Translations under genes and position numbers: made by a program
Shown: piece after piece, positions 8,898 through 19,995 of the stretch
Numbering within the stretch: position 1 is the stretch's first letter
How the letters are laid out: each line of letters opens with the position of its first letter
Notes under the pieces: model-generated
What the model saw: only the letters and a program-made list of their open reading frames with translations
Databases searched by the model: none
Told to the model about the DNA's origin: nothing
NCBI GenBank assembly: GCA_964604845.1
Contig: CAZSBH010000007.1
Span: forward strand, 13,215 to 77,214
Direction: 5' to 3'
Source: an uncultured Spirochaetaceae bacterium
GTDB lineage: Bacteria; Spirochaetota; Spirochaetia; SZUA-6; DRHE01
Length of the DNA: 64,000 nt

Positions 8898-9734
8898 ATG
8901 TCGGAAGTCCTACTCTTTGATAAATACGGCAAATACAAACGTTCAAAGACATCTCGCAAGCAAATCAGGGAATCTGTGTTCAACCGTGCACTCGTGATCG
9001 TGGTCATCGCACTTTGTCTGTTCCTTGCCGGTGAATTGGTATTTCATTTTGTCATTGCTCCTCGTATGACCGTCCGAAGTATCACAATTAAGAGCGAACT
9101 TGGTTTGAGCAAAGAGGAGATCCTGGCGATAGCCGGGATCGAGGAGAGCGTGTACTATTACAACCTGGACACGGTGCAGATTCGTGAGGATCTGGAAAGC
9201 TTCGCCCTGGTTCGCGAGGCGGTTGTGGAGAAGGTCTTTCCCGATTCTCTGATTATTACGCTCTACGGGCGTGCCCCGCTGGCTATGTTCTTCTTTACAA
9301 CACCGGAAGGAGCCAGTGTTCCTCTGGTCATCGACGATCAAGGGGTGGTTTTCGAGATCGGAAGCGGAGTAAGTGATTGGGATTTGCCGGTAATCACCGG
9401 GGTCAAGTTCCAGCAGCTCAAGGTCGGGATGAAGCTTCCCGAAAGGGTCCGACCCATACTGGAGGATCTACGCACCCTTCAAAAACAAGAACCCGACCTG
9501 TTTCGGTTGATTTCCGAGCTGCGGCTGATCTCGAAATCAACGGGTGCACTCGAAATCCTCTTGTACCCGATACAGTATCCGGTGCGCTTGCGCCTGACCG
9601 CCGGATTGGATCCGGCGGTGATGCGCAATGCCCTGATCATTTTGGATCTGCTGGCCGGGCAGGAGGTGCTGCAGCGGGTCAGAGAGCTCGACTTGAGGAC
9701 CGGGGAGGTTGTATACAGGATGGAGGAGGGCTGA
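8898..9734 (+). CDS. ftsQ: FtsQ/DivIB-type cell division protein
   Basis: Single N-terminal TM (VIVVIALCLFLAGELVFHFVI) followed by a POTRA-like region. Sits between ftsW and ftsA. Confidence 0.7.
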   Translation: MSEVLLFDKYGKYKRSKTSRKQIRESVFNRALVIVVIALCLFLAGELVFHFVIAPRMTVRSITIKSELGLSKEEILAIAGIEESVYYYNLDTVQIREDLESFALVREAVVEKVFPDSLIITLYGRAPLAMFFFTTPEGASVPLVIDDQGVVFEIGSGVSDWDLPVITGVKFQQLKVGMKLPERVRPILEDLRTLQKQEPDLFRLISELRLISKSTGALEILLYPIQYPVRLRLTAGLDPAVMRNALIILDLLAGQEVLQRVRELDLRTGEVVYRMEEG

Positions 9735-10974
9735 TCTGTTGGCAGCGGAAGATCTGATTGTCGGATTGGATATCGGGACCACCAAAGTCTGTGTAATTAT
9801 AGGCCAATTCAACGACAGTGGTCAGTTGGAGATTACCGGTGTTGGAACCACACCTTCCCGGGGATTGCGGCGGGGCGTGGTGATCAATATCGAGACCACG
9901 GTGCGCTCTATCGCCGCGGCTGTTGAGTCTGCGGAGATGATGTCCGGTCGAGAGGTGATTTCCGTATACACGGGAATCGCCGGGGGCCATATCGAGGGAA
10001 TCAACTCCCGCGGGGTCGTCGCGGTTACCGGCAGGGGCCGGGAGATCACCCGGGAAGACGTAGATCGCGTGATCGACGCGGCCAAAGCCATCGTGATTCC
10101 GATGGACCGGGAGGTGCTGCACGTAATCCCACAAGAGTTCGTCGTGGATGACCAGGGGGGAATCAAGAACCCGATCGGCATGATCGGGGTACGGCTCGAA
10201 GCGGAGGTCCATATCATCACGGGGGCAGTGACATCCGCCCAGAACATCGTCAAGTGTGTAAACAGGGCGGGGTTCAAGGTCAATGATATTGTGCTGGAGC
10301 CCTTGGCCTCTTCCAAGGCGGTGCTCACCCAGGATGAAAAAGAGCTGGGGGTCCTGCTGATCGATCTTGGCGGGGGAACCACGGATGTGCTTCTTCATCT
10401 GGAGGGCGCCCCCTATCACACGGAGGTCCTTTCGGTCGGAGGAGACCAGGTGACCAACGATATCTCGATCATGCTCAAGACTCCCCTGGAAGCCGCGGAG
10501 AAGCTGAAGAAAGAAGCGGGCTGCTGTTATGCCCCGTTGATCCAGGAGGACGAGGAAGTTCATATCCCGGGAGTGGGAGGACGTCCTCCAAGAACGATCA
10601 TGCGCAGCGAGCTGGTCGAGATCATTCAACCGCGTATGGCTGAGATCCTCGGTATGATTCGGGAACAGATTGAACGGAAAGGATATCTCAACATCCTAGG
10701 CGGTGGAGTGGTAGTGACCGGCGGTGGATCCCTGTTGACGGGAACCGCGGAACTGGCCACGGAGATCTTCAATCTTCCCGCCAGGACCGGATATCCTGTG
10801 AAATTGGGTGGTTTGGTGGAGGAGTACTACAATCCGATGTACGCCACGGGCGTGGGGTTGGTAATGTCCGGTGCGGCCAGACGCGACGTGGATTATATGG
10901 ACACCAGCTCCAGTGAAAAGACATTTTCCAGCGTTTGGGATCGAATGCGGAATTGGTTTAAAGAGTTTTTCTAA
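9709..10974 (+). CDS. ftsA: cell division protein FtsA
   Basis: Actin-fold motifs [31 protein letters not shown]. The true start may be TTG at 9739, which lies behind GGAGGAGG (9722-9729). Confidence 0.9.
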   Translation: MYTGWRRADLLAAEDLIVGLDIGTTKVCVIIGQFNDSGQLEITGVGTTPSRGLRRGVVINIETTVRSIAAAVESAEMMSGREVISVYTGIAGGHIEGINSRGVVAVTGRGREITREDVDRVIDAAKAIVIPMDREVLHVIPQEFVVDDQGGIKNPIGMIGVRLEAEVHIITGAVTSAQNIVKCVNRAGFKVNDIVLEPLASSKAVLTQDEKELGVLLIDLGGGTTDVLLHLEGAPYHTEVLSVGGDQVTNDISIMLKTPLEAAEKLKKEAGCCYAPLIQEDEEVHIPGVGGRPPRTIMRSELVEIIQPRMAEILGMIREQIERKGYLNILGGGVVVTGGGSLLTGTAELATEIFNLPARTGYPVKLGGLVEEYYNPMYATGVGLVMSGAARRDVDYMDTSSSEKTFSSVWDRMRNWFKEFF

Positions 10975-11035
10975 AACTTTGTATACAGGGCTGCGGCGCG
11001 GCCCTAATAACGGAGCTATCTCTTGGGAGGGGAAC

Positions 11036-12238
11036 GTGAATATAGAATTTGTCGACGAGCTCTCGGGTAACCTCACCGTCATCAAGGTAATCGGCGTTGG
11101 CGGCGGCGGCAGCAATGCGGTGAACCGGATGATCTCCACTGGCCTCAAAAATGTTCAGTTCATCGCTGCCAACACCGACCTGCAGGCATTGCAGATGGCC
11201 AAAGCTCAGACGAAATTAGCCCTGGGCACGAAGCTTACCGGCGGCCTCGGAGCAGGAGGTATTCCGGACATCGGTGAGAAGGCGGCCCTCGAGGACGAGG
11301 ATAAACTGCGGGAAACCCTGAAGGCCGCGGATATGGTGTTCATCACCGCCGGTATGGGGGGAGGAACCGGTACCGGAGGAGCCCCCATTGTAGCCCGTAT
11401 TGCCCGCGAGCTCGGTTCTCTAAGTGTGGCGGTAGTCACCAAACCCTTCGATTTTGAAGGCCGCCGTAAGATGGAGCTCGCCGAAGAGGGAATAGCGAGA
11501 CTACGAGATGAAGTGGATACCCTGATCGTTATTCCCAATCAGTACTTGTTGAAAATCGTTGAACGACGTACCCCAATCCGGGAAGCCTTTCTCATGGCCG
11601 ACGATGTACTGCGTCAGGGTGTCCAGGGTATCTCCGACCTGATTACCGAACCGGGAGAGATTAATATAGATTTCGCGGACGTAAAAACGGTAATGAAGGG
11701 CAATGGGGATGCTCTGATGGGTGTGGGGATCGGTAATGGAGACAACCGGGCCGTGGATGCGGCGACAAATGCGATCAACAATCCACTGCTCGAAGATGCC
11801 AAGATCGAGGGGGCCAGGGCGATTTTAGTCAGTGTCACCGGCGGCAGCGACCTGTGCTTGAGTGAGTTTGAGGAAGTATTGAAGATAATCACTGTCAGCG
11901 CGGACAGGGAAGCCCTGATCATCGCCGGGACCAGCATCAACGGCACCATGAGCGAGCAGATCAAAGTAACTGTGGTAGCCACCGGATTTAATGGGCGAAG
12001 ACAGCTTCCGGTTAAAGAACAGCCCGAGGATGAGCAGAAGGGTGACATCATCTCCTACGATGAGTGGATCAAAATGCGGAAGGGAGTCTCCGCTGCCGCT
12101 GCGGGCGCACAAGCGGGCAGTGCCGTCAGCAGCAAAGGTCCGGGGGATTTTTTGGTGGGCCGCAACTCCAAAGAGGCGGATCTGAACGTCCCGACCGTAC
12201 TGCGGGAGAAGAAGCTGCTGCAACAGGGGGACAGTTAG
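11036..12238 (+). CDS. ftsZ: cell division GTPase FtsZ
   Basis: [27 protein letters not shown] tubulin signature, NVDFADV-type motif (NIDFADV). GTG 11036 sits behind GGGAGGGGAA; the longer ORF from 10871 overlaps ftsA. Confidence 0.95.
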   Translation: MNIEFVDELSGNLTVIKVIGVGGGGSNAVNRMISTGLKNVQFIAANTDLQALQMAKAQTKLALGTKLTGGLGAGGIPDIGEKAALEDEDKLRETLKAADMVFITAGMGGGTGTGGAPIVARIARELGSLSVAVVTKPFDFEGRRKMELAEEGIARLRDEVDTLIVIPNQYLLKIVERRTPIREAFLMADDVLRQGVQGISDLITEPGEINIDFADVKTVMKGNGDALMGVGIGNGDNRAVDAATNAINNPLLEDAKIEGARAILVSVTGGSDLCLSEFEEVLKIITVSADREALIIAGTSINGTMSEQIKVTVVATGFNGRRQLPVKEQPEDEQKGDIISYDEWIKMRKGVSAAAAGAQAGSAVSSKGPGDFLVGRNSKEADLNVPTVLREKKLLQQGDS

Positions 12239-12247
12239 GCAGCCCCT

Positions 12248-13135
12248 ATGGACAAGAAGATGAAGCTGCTTCAAAGTTACTCGGATTACCTGACCGCGGA
12301 GCTTCGCCTTTCGCCCTCCACGGTTTCTGTGTATACACTCGAAGCCCGGCTGTTTCTCGAGTACTGTGGGGAGGAACAGGTTGAGCTTCAGAGCACCACC
12401 GTAGGCAATCTTATCGAGTATCTTATAAACAGGCAGCTTGAGGGAATCAGCCGCAAGACGACGGCCAAAGCGGTGAGCTCCCTGCGTTCTTTTTTTGCCT
12501 TCCTGTTTCGGGAGGGGCTGATAAGCAGCAACCCCGGTATCCACCTGGAGCTGCCCCGGATGTCCCGTCAGATACCCGATGTGTACTCCCAGGAGGAGGT
12601 AGAGGCGATCCTTGCGGCCATCGACACGAGTTCCCCTGCCGGTATTCGAGATCGCTTCCTTTTCGAGCTGATATACTCCTGTGGACTGAGGGTTTCCGAG
12701 GCTGTCGCTCTGAGCCTGGAAAGGATCTACGCAAAAGAGTCCATGCTCCGCGTTGTGGGCAAGGGATCAAAAGAACGGCTTGTGCCAATGGGAGAGCAGG
12801 CCCTACTGTGGATGCGGCGCTATCTGGAGGAGGCCCGGCCCGCTCTTCTGAAGGGAAAAAAGGAGCGGGCTTTGTTTATTAATCACACCGGCAGAGTGTT
12901 GACACGCAAGGGAATGTGGAAACGTTTCAAGGAGATTGGCTCGCGGGCCGGGGTGAGCGGTAAGATCCATACGCTTCGTCACTCCTTTGCCACGCATCTG
13001 CTGCAGGGCGGGGCGGATCTCAGGGCCGTGCAAACGCTTCTGGGTCATGCGGATATAGGTACGACCCAGATCTATACCCATGTGGACGAGAGGGAGCTTC
13101 ACGAGTATCACAAGAGATATCATCCGCGGGGATAG
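12248..13135 (+). CDS. xerD: XerD-like tyrosine site-specific recombinase
   Basis: SAM-like N-domain. Catalytic-domain motifs GLRVSEAVAL, HTLRHSFATHLLQGGADLRAVQTLLGHADIGTTQIYTHV. Confidence 0.8.
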   Translation: MDKKMKLLQSYSDYLTAELRLSPSTVSVYTLEARLFLEYCGEEQVELQSTTVGNLIEYLINRQLEGISRKTTAKAVSSLRSFFAFLFREGLISSNPGIHLELPRMSRQIPDVYSQEEVEAILAAIDTSSPAGIRDRFLFELIYSCGLRVSEAVALSLERIYAKESMLRVVGKGSKERLVPMGEQALLWMRRYLEEARPALLKGKKERALFINHTGRVLTRKGMWKRFKEIGSRAGVSGKIHTLRHSFATHLLQGGADLRAVQTLLGHADIGTTQIYTHVDERELHEYHKRYHPRG

Positions 13136-13189
13136 AATCAGGAGGTTCGCTTCTTACGTTATAGAGATCAAACAGTGACTTTGTACATC

Positions 13190-13930
13190 ATGAAACTAAT
13201 GAAGTCTTTACTCTCGGGGATATTGACAATCCAGATCTGTATCCTGGTCTCCTGCGCCAGAATCGACAGGGAAGAGGAAGCCCGGGACCAGCTTATAGAG
13301 ATGGAAGGTGATATTTACAGGGATCAGGAGGTGTCGGCGCAGAGGATCGAAGAAATCGAAGAAGCCATAGGGCGCTACCGCCAGGAGGTAGAGCGAACCG
13401 TTGATGCCATGGGGCAGGTGGGAATCTACTACAAGATGCTTGCCATCGAGTACATGCGGGGCGGCATGTATGGGGCCGCCTACGACGCACTGAAGCAGGC
13501 CATCGAGATCCACCCGGAGAATCCCATTCTTTTTTATTACTCCGCGGTCTGCGCAGCCCGCATGAGCAAGGCTCAAGTTCTGCGGGAGGATCGAGAACGA
13601 TGGCTGGAAAGATCAGTTGCCCTGTATCGCAGAGCCATCGATCTGGATCCCGGTTACGCCGACGCCCTCTACGGACTGAGCGTCCTGTATGTGTTCGAGC
13701 TGGAACGCCCCGAAGAGGCGGAGGCTCTTCTGGAAACGATGTTGATCGTCGAGAGCAAAGAGATCGAGGGGCGTTTCCTGCTGGCAGGGGTTTACTACAG
13801 GTTGGGTAAGCTGGAGCAAGCCCTGGAACTGTACAAGGAGATCGAATCTCTCAGTGCGGTTGAGCAGAAGCGGCAGGAGGCCCGGGACAACAGAAAACGA
13901 ATCGAGGATGAGCTGTATGGCGCCCAGTGA
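13190..13930 (+). CDS. TPR-repeat lipoprotein
   Basis: Signal peptide with lipobox (ICILVSC). TPR-like repeats (AIEIHPENPILFYY.., AIDLDPGYADALYGLS.., LLAGVYYRLGKLEQALELY). The ORF track starts at GTG 13175. Confidence 0.65.
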   Translation: MKLMKSLLSGILTIQICILVSCARIDREEEARDQLIEMEGDIYRDQEVSAQRIEEIEEAIGRYRQEVERTVDAMGQVGIYYKMLAIEYMRGGMYGAAYDALKQAIEIHPENPILFYYSAVCAARMSKAQVLREDRERWLERSVALYRRAIDLDPGYADALYGLSVLYVFELERPEEAEALLETMLIVESKEIEGRFLLAGVYYRLGKLEQALELYKEIESLSAVEQKRQEARDNRKRIEDELYGAQ

Positions 13931-14942
13931 GCATTTAGCCCTGGCGGTGAACCGCGTACCCTTTCTCCGCCCCCTGGAAAAGTTCCGAGTGATGGATCTG
14001 TGCCCGACGGTAAGGGACTTCGCCGGGCTTTCTCGGCGGGACCTGGAGGAGATTCTGAGGCGGCGATTCGATGATCCCGGCTGGCCGTCTCAGGCTTACC
14101 TGAAGGGAGCCGAGGCCGATCGAAAAGGCTTGACTCGTGGACAGTTCCGATGCACTTTTTACTGGAAAAGGGAATTCCCCCCTCAGCTGCGGGAGGTGTA
14201 CGACCCGCCAGTGGTTCTATTCTACCGCGGAAATCTGCCCGACTGGTCTCAACCCCTCGTAGCAATTGTCGGGACTCGGCATCCAACCGGGCGGGCAAGG
14301 GAGTGTTCCTACGCCCTTGCCTTCGAGCTGGGGACCGCCGGATTGACAACCGTGTCCGGTCTGGCCAGAGGGATCGATGCGGAAGCGCACCGTGGAAGTT
14401 CAGATGCCGGAGGTGGAACCATCGCGGTATTGGGGAACGGGATCGATCGGATCTTTCCCTATTCGAGTACAGATGTGGGGTATCGCTTGCTTGCAGTCGG
14501 CGGCGCCCTGGTTAGTGAGTATTCCCCGGGAGCTCCTCCGCTGGCTCGTCACTTTCCCGCTCGAAACCGGATCATCAGCGGTCTGGTCCGAACGGTCGTG
14601 GTCGTGCAAGCCCCGCTGCGGTCCGGTGCATTGATTACCGCCGACTACGCTCTCGAGCAGGGACGGGATCTGCTCGTTCACAGGGTTGGTATCTCCGGGC
14701 AACGGGCGGCGGGGTCGGGGCGACTGGCGGAGCAGGGGGCAGAGATCATTGACGGAGCCGCGGATATACTTGCCGGTTGGGGTTGGTCTGCAGGTAACCA
14801 GCCTGAGGAAAAAAAGTCTGCTGACATACCCAACGGCCTCGCGCCGGGAGGCCAATTAGCGCGATTGCTCGATATGGAGATGGCCGGTCGTATAGTCTGC
14901 CGCAGCGGTAGAGTTTTTGAGAGAGAGATAAATGGGAAATAA
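13917..14942 (+). CDS. dprA: DNA-processing protein DprA (Smf)
   Basis: VAIVGTRHPT, GLARGIDAEAHRG and FPARNRIISGL motifs. The ATG at 13917 lies 14 nt inside the end of the preceding TPR gene (stop at 13928-13930). Confidence 0.85.
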   Translation: MAPSEHLALAVNRVPFLRPLEKFRVMDLCPTVRDFAGLSRRDLEEILRRRFDDPGWPSQAYLKGAEADRKGLTRGQFRCTFYWKREFPPQLREVYDPPVVLFYRGNLPDWSQPLVAIVGTRHPTGRARECSYALAFELGTAGLTTVSGLARGIDAEAHRGSSDAGGGTIAVLGNGIDRIFPYSSTDVGYRLLAVGGALVSEYSPGAPPLARHFPARNRIISGLVRTVVVVQAPLRSGALITADYALEQGRDLLVHRVGISGQRAAGSGRLAEQGAEIIDGAADILAGWGWSAGNQPEEKKSADIPNGLAPGGQLARLLDMEMAGRIVCRSGRVFEREINGK

Positions 14943-17037
14943 CAGCAAAGAAATACTGATCATTGTAGAATCCCCAGCCAAAGCGAGAACCATCGAAAAG
15001 TATCTGGGACCAGGATTTGCGGTGGAAGCCTCGATGGGTCATCTGGTCGACCTTCCGAAATCCAGACTGGCCATCGATGTTGAGAACAATTTCGAGCCCG
15101 AATATATCACGATACGCGGAAAGGCAAAGATCCTGAAAGGATTGCAGAAAGCGGCGGGGAAATCCGCGGAAGTGCTTCTGGCCTCGGACAACGACAGGGA
15201 GGGCGAGGCGATCTCCTATCATCTGAAAAACGCCATACAGAGCAAGCAGCCGGAGCTGCCAATCAAGCGGATCATATTCAACGAGATCACACCCCAGGTT
15301 ATCCGGGAAGCGGTAGCCCAGCCGCGGGAGATCGATGCAGCCAAGGTTGATGCGCAAAAAGCTCGGCGGATTCTCGACAGACTGGTGGGCTACCACCTCT
15401 CTCCCGTCTTGTGGAAAAAAGTGAAAAATGGACTTTCCGCCGGCCGGGTTCAATCGGTGGCCCTGAGGCTTATCTGCGAGCGGGAGCAGGAGATCGAATC
15501 CTTCGTGCCCGAGGAGTACTGGAGTCTCGAGGTGGAGCTGCGTAAAGGCAACAGTGTCTTTCGCGCCCCGCTGGCGGAGTATCGGGGCAAGAAGAGCGAT
15601 CTCAAGACCCAGAGCGACTGCCTGAATATCGTCTCCGAACTGCACGGCAAGGAGTTTCGGGTCAGTGATGTGAAGGTGACTCAGAAGACACTCCGGCCGC
15701 GTGCTCCATACACGACCTCTAAGCTTCAGCAGGAGGCGGCCAACCGATTCGGTTTTACCTCCCGGAAAACCATGCAGATCGCTCAAGGGCTGTACGAAGG
15801 CATCGATATCGGTTCCGGTCGGGTCGGGCTCATCACCTACATGCGTACCGATTCTACCCGCGTATCCCCCGTTGCCTTGAAGGAAGTGCGGGAGTATCTG
15901 GGGAAGCATTATCCGCTGGACCTTCCCGAGAAAGCGAATACCTATATCTCCGGCGGCAGGACTCAGGATGCCCACGAGGCGATCCGGCCCACCTATGTTG
16001 CCAACACCCCCGCCGATGTGAAATCTCCTCTGACGGCGGATCAGTTCAAGCTCTACTCCCTCATTTGGGAACGCTTCGTATCCTCCCAGATGAAGCCCGG
16101 TCGCAGCTCTACGGTCAGCGTTGAGATCCGGGCCGGAGAAGCGGCCTTTCGGGCCAGTGCAACCTCCGTGGTCGAACGGGGTTATCAGAAAGTGCTGCAT
16201 GTGCTGGCTCCGAAAGAGGTCAAGAAAACCCTGCCGAAGCTCGAGGTGGGGGACGAGCTGGAGGCGCTTCGCTTCCATCCGGAGCAGCACTTCACCTCGG
16301 GACCGGCTCGATACACCGATGCGACGATCATAAAAGCTCTGGAGGAGAAGGGAATCGGACGTCCCTCGACCTATGCGCCGATCATCTCGGTTCTCCTCGA
16401 CCGCTATTACGTGGTACGGAAGAATCGGCAGCTCGCCGCTACACAGCTCGGCAGAATCATCAGCAACCTGCTCACCGAGAATTTTTCCGAGTTGGTGAAC
16501 GAGAACTTCACCGCAGAGATGGAGAGGCGTCTGGACGACGTGGAGGGTAGAAACGAGAGTTGGGTGGAAGTGGTGAAGGAGTTCTATCGGGATTTCAAGC
16601 CCCAGGTCGATCATGTCATGGAGACCCTCGAGTCGATCAAAGGGGTTCTGGACGAACCAACGGACCTGCTCTGCGAAAAATGCGGCCGACCGATGGTGAA
16701 GAAGCTGGGAAGGTACGGCTTCTTCATCGCCTGCACGGGATTTCCGGAGTGCAGGAACACCAAACCTGTGCCTCTTGCCGATTGCCCGCGGCCGGATTGC
16801 GACGGGAAAGTCGTCGCCAGAAGGCGTCAGAAAGGACGGGGCCGGGAGTTTTACGGGTGCAGCAACTATCCGGATTGTGATTTCGTGACCTATAACAAAC
16901 CGACAGGATCGAATTGTCCCCGTTGCGGTCAATTTCTGGTGGAGAAGCAGGACAAACAGCGGGGCACCTACAAGGCCTGCATCAATCCGGATTGCAGATA
17001 TCTGCACACTCAGGAGTCGGAGGACAAGAGTGCCTGA
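14932..17037 (+). CDS. topA: DNA topoisomerase I
   Basis: TOPRIM start (ILIIVESPAKARTIEKYLG), active-site region GLITYMRTDS, three C-terminal Cys4-type zinc ribbons. Confidence 0.95.
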   Translation: MGNNSKEILIIVESPAKARTIEKYLGPGFAVEASMGHLVDLPKSRLAIDVENNFEPEYITIRGKAKILKGLQKAAGKSAEVLLASDNDREGEAISYHLKNAIQSKQPELPIKRIIFNEITPQVIREAVAQPREIDAAKVDAQKARRILDRLVGYHLSPVLWKKVKNGLSAGRVQSVALRLICEREQEIESFVPEEYWSLEVELRKGNSVFRAPLAEYRGKKSDLKTQSDCLNIVSELHGKEFRVSDVKVTQKTLRPRAPYTTSKLQQEAANRFGFTSRKTMQIAQGLYEGIDIGSGRVGLITYMRTDSTRVSPVALKEVREYLGKHYPLDLPEKANTYISGGRTQDAHEAIRPTYVANTPADVKSPLTADQFKLYSLIWERFVSSQMKPGRSSTVSVEIRAGEAAFRASATSVVERGYQKVLHVLAPKEVKKTLPKLEVGDELEALRFHPEQHFTSGPARYTDATIIKALEEKGIGRPSTYAPIISVLLDRYYVVRKNRQLAATQLGRIISNLLTENFSELVNENFTAEMERRLDDVEGRNESWVEVVKEFYRDFKPQVDHVMETLESIKGVLDEPTDLLCEKCGRPMVKKLGRYGFFIACTGFPECRNTKPVPLADCPRPDCDGKVVARRRQKGRGREFYGCSNYPDCDFVTYNKPTGSNCPRCGQFLVEKQDKQRGTYKACINPDCRYLHTQESEDKSA

Positions 17038-18034
17038 GCAGTACCTCCAGTATCTAGGGCATGTACGTCACCTCTCGGCCAACACCCTGCGGGCCTATCG
17101 CCGGGACCTGGAGCTGTATTTCGCCTTTCTCGGGAACCAGAGCTGGCAGCCGGAGAGCATCGACGCCGGCAAGGCTCGAGCCTTCGTCGGCTTTCTATCC
17201 AGGCGGGGATTATCCTCCCGGTCGATCAATCGTGTGCTCTCCGCTGTGCGCGGCTACTATCGTTTCCACGACAGGGTTGGAGGCAAAGCGGGCAATCCCT
17301 TCTCGACGGTCAAGTCTCTCAGGATTGAAGGCAAGCTGCCCACGTTCTTGTTTGAGGAGGACGTCGAGCAGCTCTTCGAAGGTGAGCCGGAGGACTTCTG
17401 GCAGCTGCGGGACCTGCTTATCCTGGAGTTGCTCTATTCGACGGGGTGTCGGGTCTCGGAGCTGGCTGCCGTCAACCTGACGGACCTCGATCTTAAAGAA
17501 GCCGCCCTTCGGGTTTTAGGGAAGGGAGGCAAGGAGCGCCTCGTGTTCATCGGCGGAAAGGCGCTTCAACGCTTGCGGGAGTACTTAGGCCGCCGCAAGC
17601 TTCAAGGGTTGACCAAGGCTGACGGACAGAAGGCGTTGCTGATCAACCGGAGGGGGACCAGACTCTCGGTGCGCGGCATCCAACTGATCGTTGATCGGCT
17701 GATCTCGGGCACCGGTCTGAACAAACCCGCTTCACCCCACACCTTCAGACACAGTTTCGCCACTCATATTCTCAAAGGTGGGGCGGATATACGGGTTGTG
17801 CAGGAGCTTCTAGGTCATGCCAGCCTGTCAACGACACAGGTATATACGCATCTGGATATGGAACGACTCCGAAGGGTGTACAGATCTGCTCATCCCCATG
17901 CCCGGGTGAAAGGCAAGCAGGTCTCCAGACCGGCAAAGACCCACGCTCGTGTTTCAAAGCGGGGGGACGGGTCAAAGGATAAGCCGCCCGAGGCGGGTGA
18001 TGAGACGAGCCGCATGGGGAGGGAGACGAGATAA
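17030..18034 (+). CDS. xerC: XerC/CodV-like tyrosine recombinase with about 43-aa basic C-terminal tail
   Basis: [14 protein letters not shown]-domain; [51 protein letters not shown]. The extra tail follows ...SAHPHA. Confidence 0.85.
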   Translation: MPEQYLQYLGHVRHLSANTLRAYRRDLELYFAFLGNQSWQPESIDAGKARAFVGFLSRRGLSSRSINRVLSAVRGYYRFHDRVGGKAGNPFSTVKSLRIEGKLPTFLFEEDVEQLFEGEPEDFWQLRDLLILELLYSTGCRVSELAAVNLTDLDLKEAALRVLGKGGKERLVFIGGKALQRLREYLGRRKLQGLTKADGQKALLINRRGTRLSVRGIQLIVDRLISGTGLNKPASPHTFRHSFATHILKGGADIRVVQELLGHASLSTTQVYTHLDMERLRRVYRSAHPHARVKGKQVSRPAKTHARVSKRGDGSKDKPPEAGDETSRMGRETR

Positions 18035-18570
18035 TGGAGAAAATGCACGCAACCACGATCATATCGGTTCGAAAAGATGGAAAAATGGTAATGGGCGGTG
18101 ACGGACAGGTGACCTTCGGCAACACGATCATGAAGGCCAGAGCCCGCAAAATCCGCAAGATCTACGACGGCAAGATCGTGGTTGGTTTCGCCGGCGCCAC
18201 CGCAGATGCTTTCACACTCTTCGAACGCTTTGAGGCAAAGATAAAGGAGTACGGCGGCGACCTGCGTCGGGCCGCGGTGGAGCTGGCCAAAGACTGGCGC
18301 ACCGACAGAGTGCTGCGACGCCTGGAGGCAATGCTTCTGGTTGCAGACCGGCAGCATATGCTGCTCATCTCCGGGACCGGAGATGTAGTCGATCCGGAAG
18401 AGGATGTAATCGCCATCGGTTCGGGCGGCAGCTTTGCCTACGCCGCGGCCAGAGCTTTCCTCGAAGGGACGAGTTACTCCGCGCGGGAAGTGGTGGAGCG
18501 ATCCCTCCGGATCGCCTCCGAAATTTGTATCTACACGAACTCGGAAATCATTGTCGAGGAATTGGAATGA
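18034..18570 (+). CDS. hslV: ATP-dependent protease subunit HslV
   Basis: N-terminal [21 protein letters not shown] (Thr nucleophile) and GSGGSFA motif. TAATG overlap with xerC. Confidence 0.95.
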   Translation: MEKMHATTIISVRKDGKMVMGGDGQVTFGNTIMKARARKIRKIYDGKIVVGFAGATADAFTLFERFEAKIKEYGGDLRRAAVELAKDWRTDRVLRRLEAMLLVADRQHMLLISGTGDVVDPEEDVIAIGSGGSFAYAAARAFLEGTSYSAREVVERSLRIASEICIYTNSEIIVEELE

Positions 18571-19943
18571 AGATAGATCTCGATTCACTTACACCGAAAC
18601 AGATAGTAGAACAGCTTGATAAATATATCATAGGCCAGAACAAGGCAAAAAAAGCTGTGGCCATCGCTCTGCGCAATCGTACCCGTCGCCAGAGGCTTTC
18701 CGACGAGATGCGGGACGAGGTGGCACCGAAAAACATCATCATGATCGGGCCTACAGGCGTTGGAAAAACCGAAATCGCCCGCCGGCTCAGTCGTCTCTGC
18801 GGAGCTCCCTTCGTAAAAGTGGAAGCCACCAAGTATACCGAGGTGGGCTATGTGGGCCGGGATGTTGAGTCCATGATCAGGGACCTGGTTTCCGTGGCTG
18901 TTTCCATGGTCAAGACGGAGCTGCAGGAGCAGGTGCGGGAGGAAGCCCAGAAAAGGGCGGAGGAGGCTTTGCTTGATCTGTTGCTGCCGGGGGTGGGAAA
19001 AGCGCCGGCAGCCGCCCCGGGCGCGAAGCCGCAGATACAGCCGGGACCGCAGCTGCCCGCCGCAACTTCCAGCACGCGGGAAAAGTTCAGAGAAAAGCTG
19101 CAAAACGGCGAACTGGAGGACAAGAGCGTCGAGGTGAACGTCGCCAGCAACCAGTTTCCCGCGATCGAGATCTTTTCGGGTACCAGCCTGGAGGAGATGG
19201 ACGTGAATATCGGCAACCTGGGGAACATCTTCGGGGGCCGGAAGAAGCGAAAGAAGACCACAGTGGCCAGGGCTCGGGATATTCTATTGGCCGAAGAAAT
19301 GGACAAACTGATCGATATGGAACGGGTCACCGAACAGGCCGTGAAGAGGGTTGAGCAGATGGGGATCGTGTTCATCGACGAGATAGACAAGATCGCCTCC
19401 CGGCAGAACGTGAGTGGAGTCGATGTGTCCCGGGAGGGGGTGCAGCGGGACATCCTGCCCATCGTGGAAGGATCCAAGGTGCACACCCGTTACGGTATGG
19501 TAGACACCTCCCATATCCTGTTCATCGCCGCGGGAGCTTTCCACATGAGCAAACCATCGGACCTGATCCCGGAGCTCCAAGGCCGCTTCCCCCTGCGGGT
19601 AGAGCTCCAGGCCCTGAACAGCGAGGATTTTGTGAAAATTCTGACCCAGCCACGCAATGCCCTGATCAAACAGTACGAAGAGCTGCTGCGCACTGAAGAA
19701 GTGGAGTTGGTCTTCGACGAGTCGGCGATCCGCCGCATCGCTGAAATCGCCAACGAAGTCAATTCCCGGACGGAGAACATCGGAGCTCGAAGGCTTCATA
19801 CCATCATGGAGGCCCTCCTGGAAGAGGTTTCCTTCAACGCCACCGACATCGAGGGACAGACGGTAAAGATTACCGAGAGTTATGTGGACGAGAGGTTAAA
19901 GGATATCGTGGAAGATGAGGATTTGAGCCGCTTCATCCTCTAA
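18567..19943 (+). CDS. hslU: ATP-dependent protease ATPase subunit HslU
   Basis: [31 protein letters not shown] Walker [11 protein letters not shown] Walker B. ATGA overlap with the hslV stop. Confidence 0.95.
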   Translation: MKIDLDSLTPKQIVEQLDKYIIGQNKAKKAVAIALRNRTRRQRLSDEMRDEVAPKNIIMIGPTGVGKTEIARRLSRLCGAPFVKVEATKYTEVGYVGRDVESMIRDLVSVAVSMVKTELQEQVREEAQKRAEEALLDLLLPGVGKAPAAAPGAKPQIQPGPQLPAATSSTREKFREKLQNGELEDKSVEVNVASNQFPAIEIFSGTSLEEMDVNIGNLGNIFGGRKKRKKTTVARARDILLAEEMDKLIDMERVTEQAVKRVEQMGIVFIDEIDKIASRQNVSGVDVSREGVQRDILPIVEGSKVHTRYGMVDTSHILFIAAGAFHMSKPSDLIPELQGRFPLRVELQALNSEDFVKILTQPRNALIKQYEELLRTEEVELVFDESAIRRIAEIANEVNSRTENIGARRLHTIMEALLEEVSFNATDIEGQTVKITESYVDERLKDIVEDEDLSRFIL

Positions 19944-19995
19944 TCAAGGTTGGTGATAAGGCCGAAACTATTAGAAGAGGAGGGGAGAGAAGAGG

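Noticed and set aside
11024-11040. 17-nt sequence TGGGAGGGGAACGTGAA identical upstream of ftsZ and again at 35298-35314 upstream of fliO
   Set aside because: It is a strong Shine-Dalgarno (GGGAGGGGA) plus a GTG start. Similar GGGAGGGGA sites precede fliF, fliI and fliP. It is a shared translation-initiation consensus, not a repeat element. It is useful only as support for the GTG 11036 ftsZ start.
14746-17007. 753-aa ORF on the minus strand
   Set aside because: It is exactly antisense to topA, whose product has unmistakable TOPRIM, active-site and zinc-ribbon motifs. The antisense translation is low-complexity and Arg/Gly/Leu/Pro-rich, as expected from GC-rich third positions. The same logic rejects 1156-2313, 9679-10629, 21303-22361, 29751-30812, 38823-39857, 40356-41180, 45933-46850 and 58127-59572.
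12248-18034. Two tyrosine recombinase genes as a sign of an integrated mobile element
   Set aside because: Both have XerC/XerD-type N- and C-domains. They sit inside conserved housekeeping synteny (ftsZ-xerD, topA-xerC-hslVU). There are no flanking repeats, tRNA or phage genes.
19944-19995. Search for a flgB promoter in the hslU-flgB spacer
   Set aside because: The only -35/-10-like hexamers (TTGGTG / TATTAG) are 14 nt apart. If there is a promoter, it probably lies inside hslU. I have not called one.
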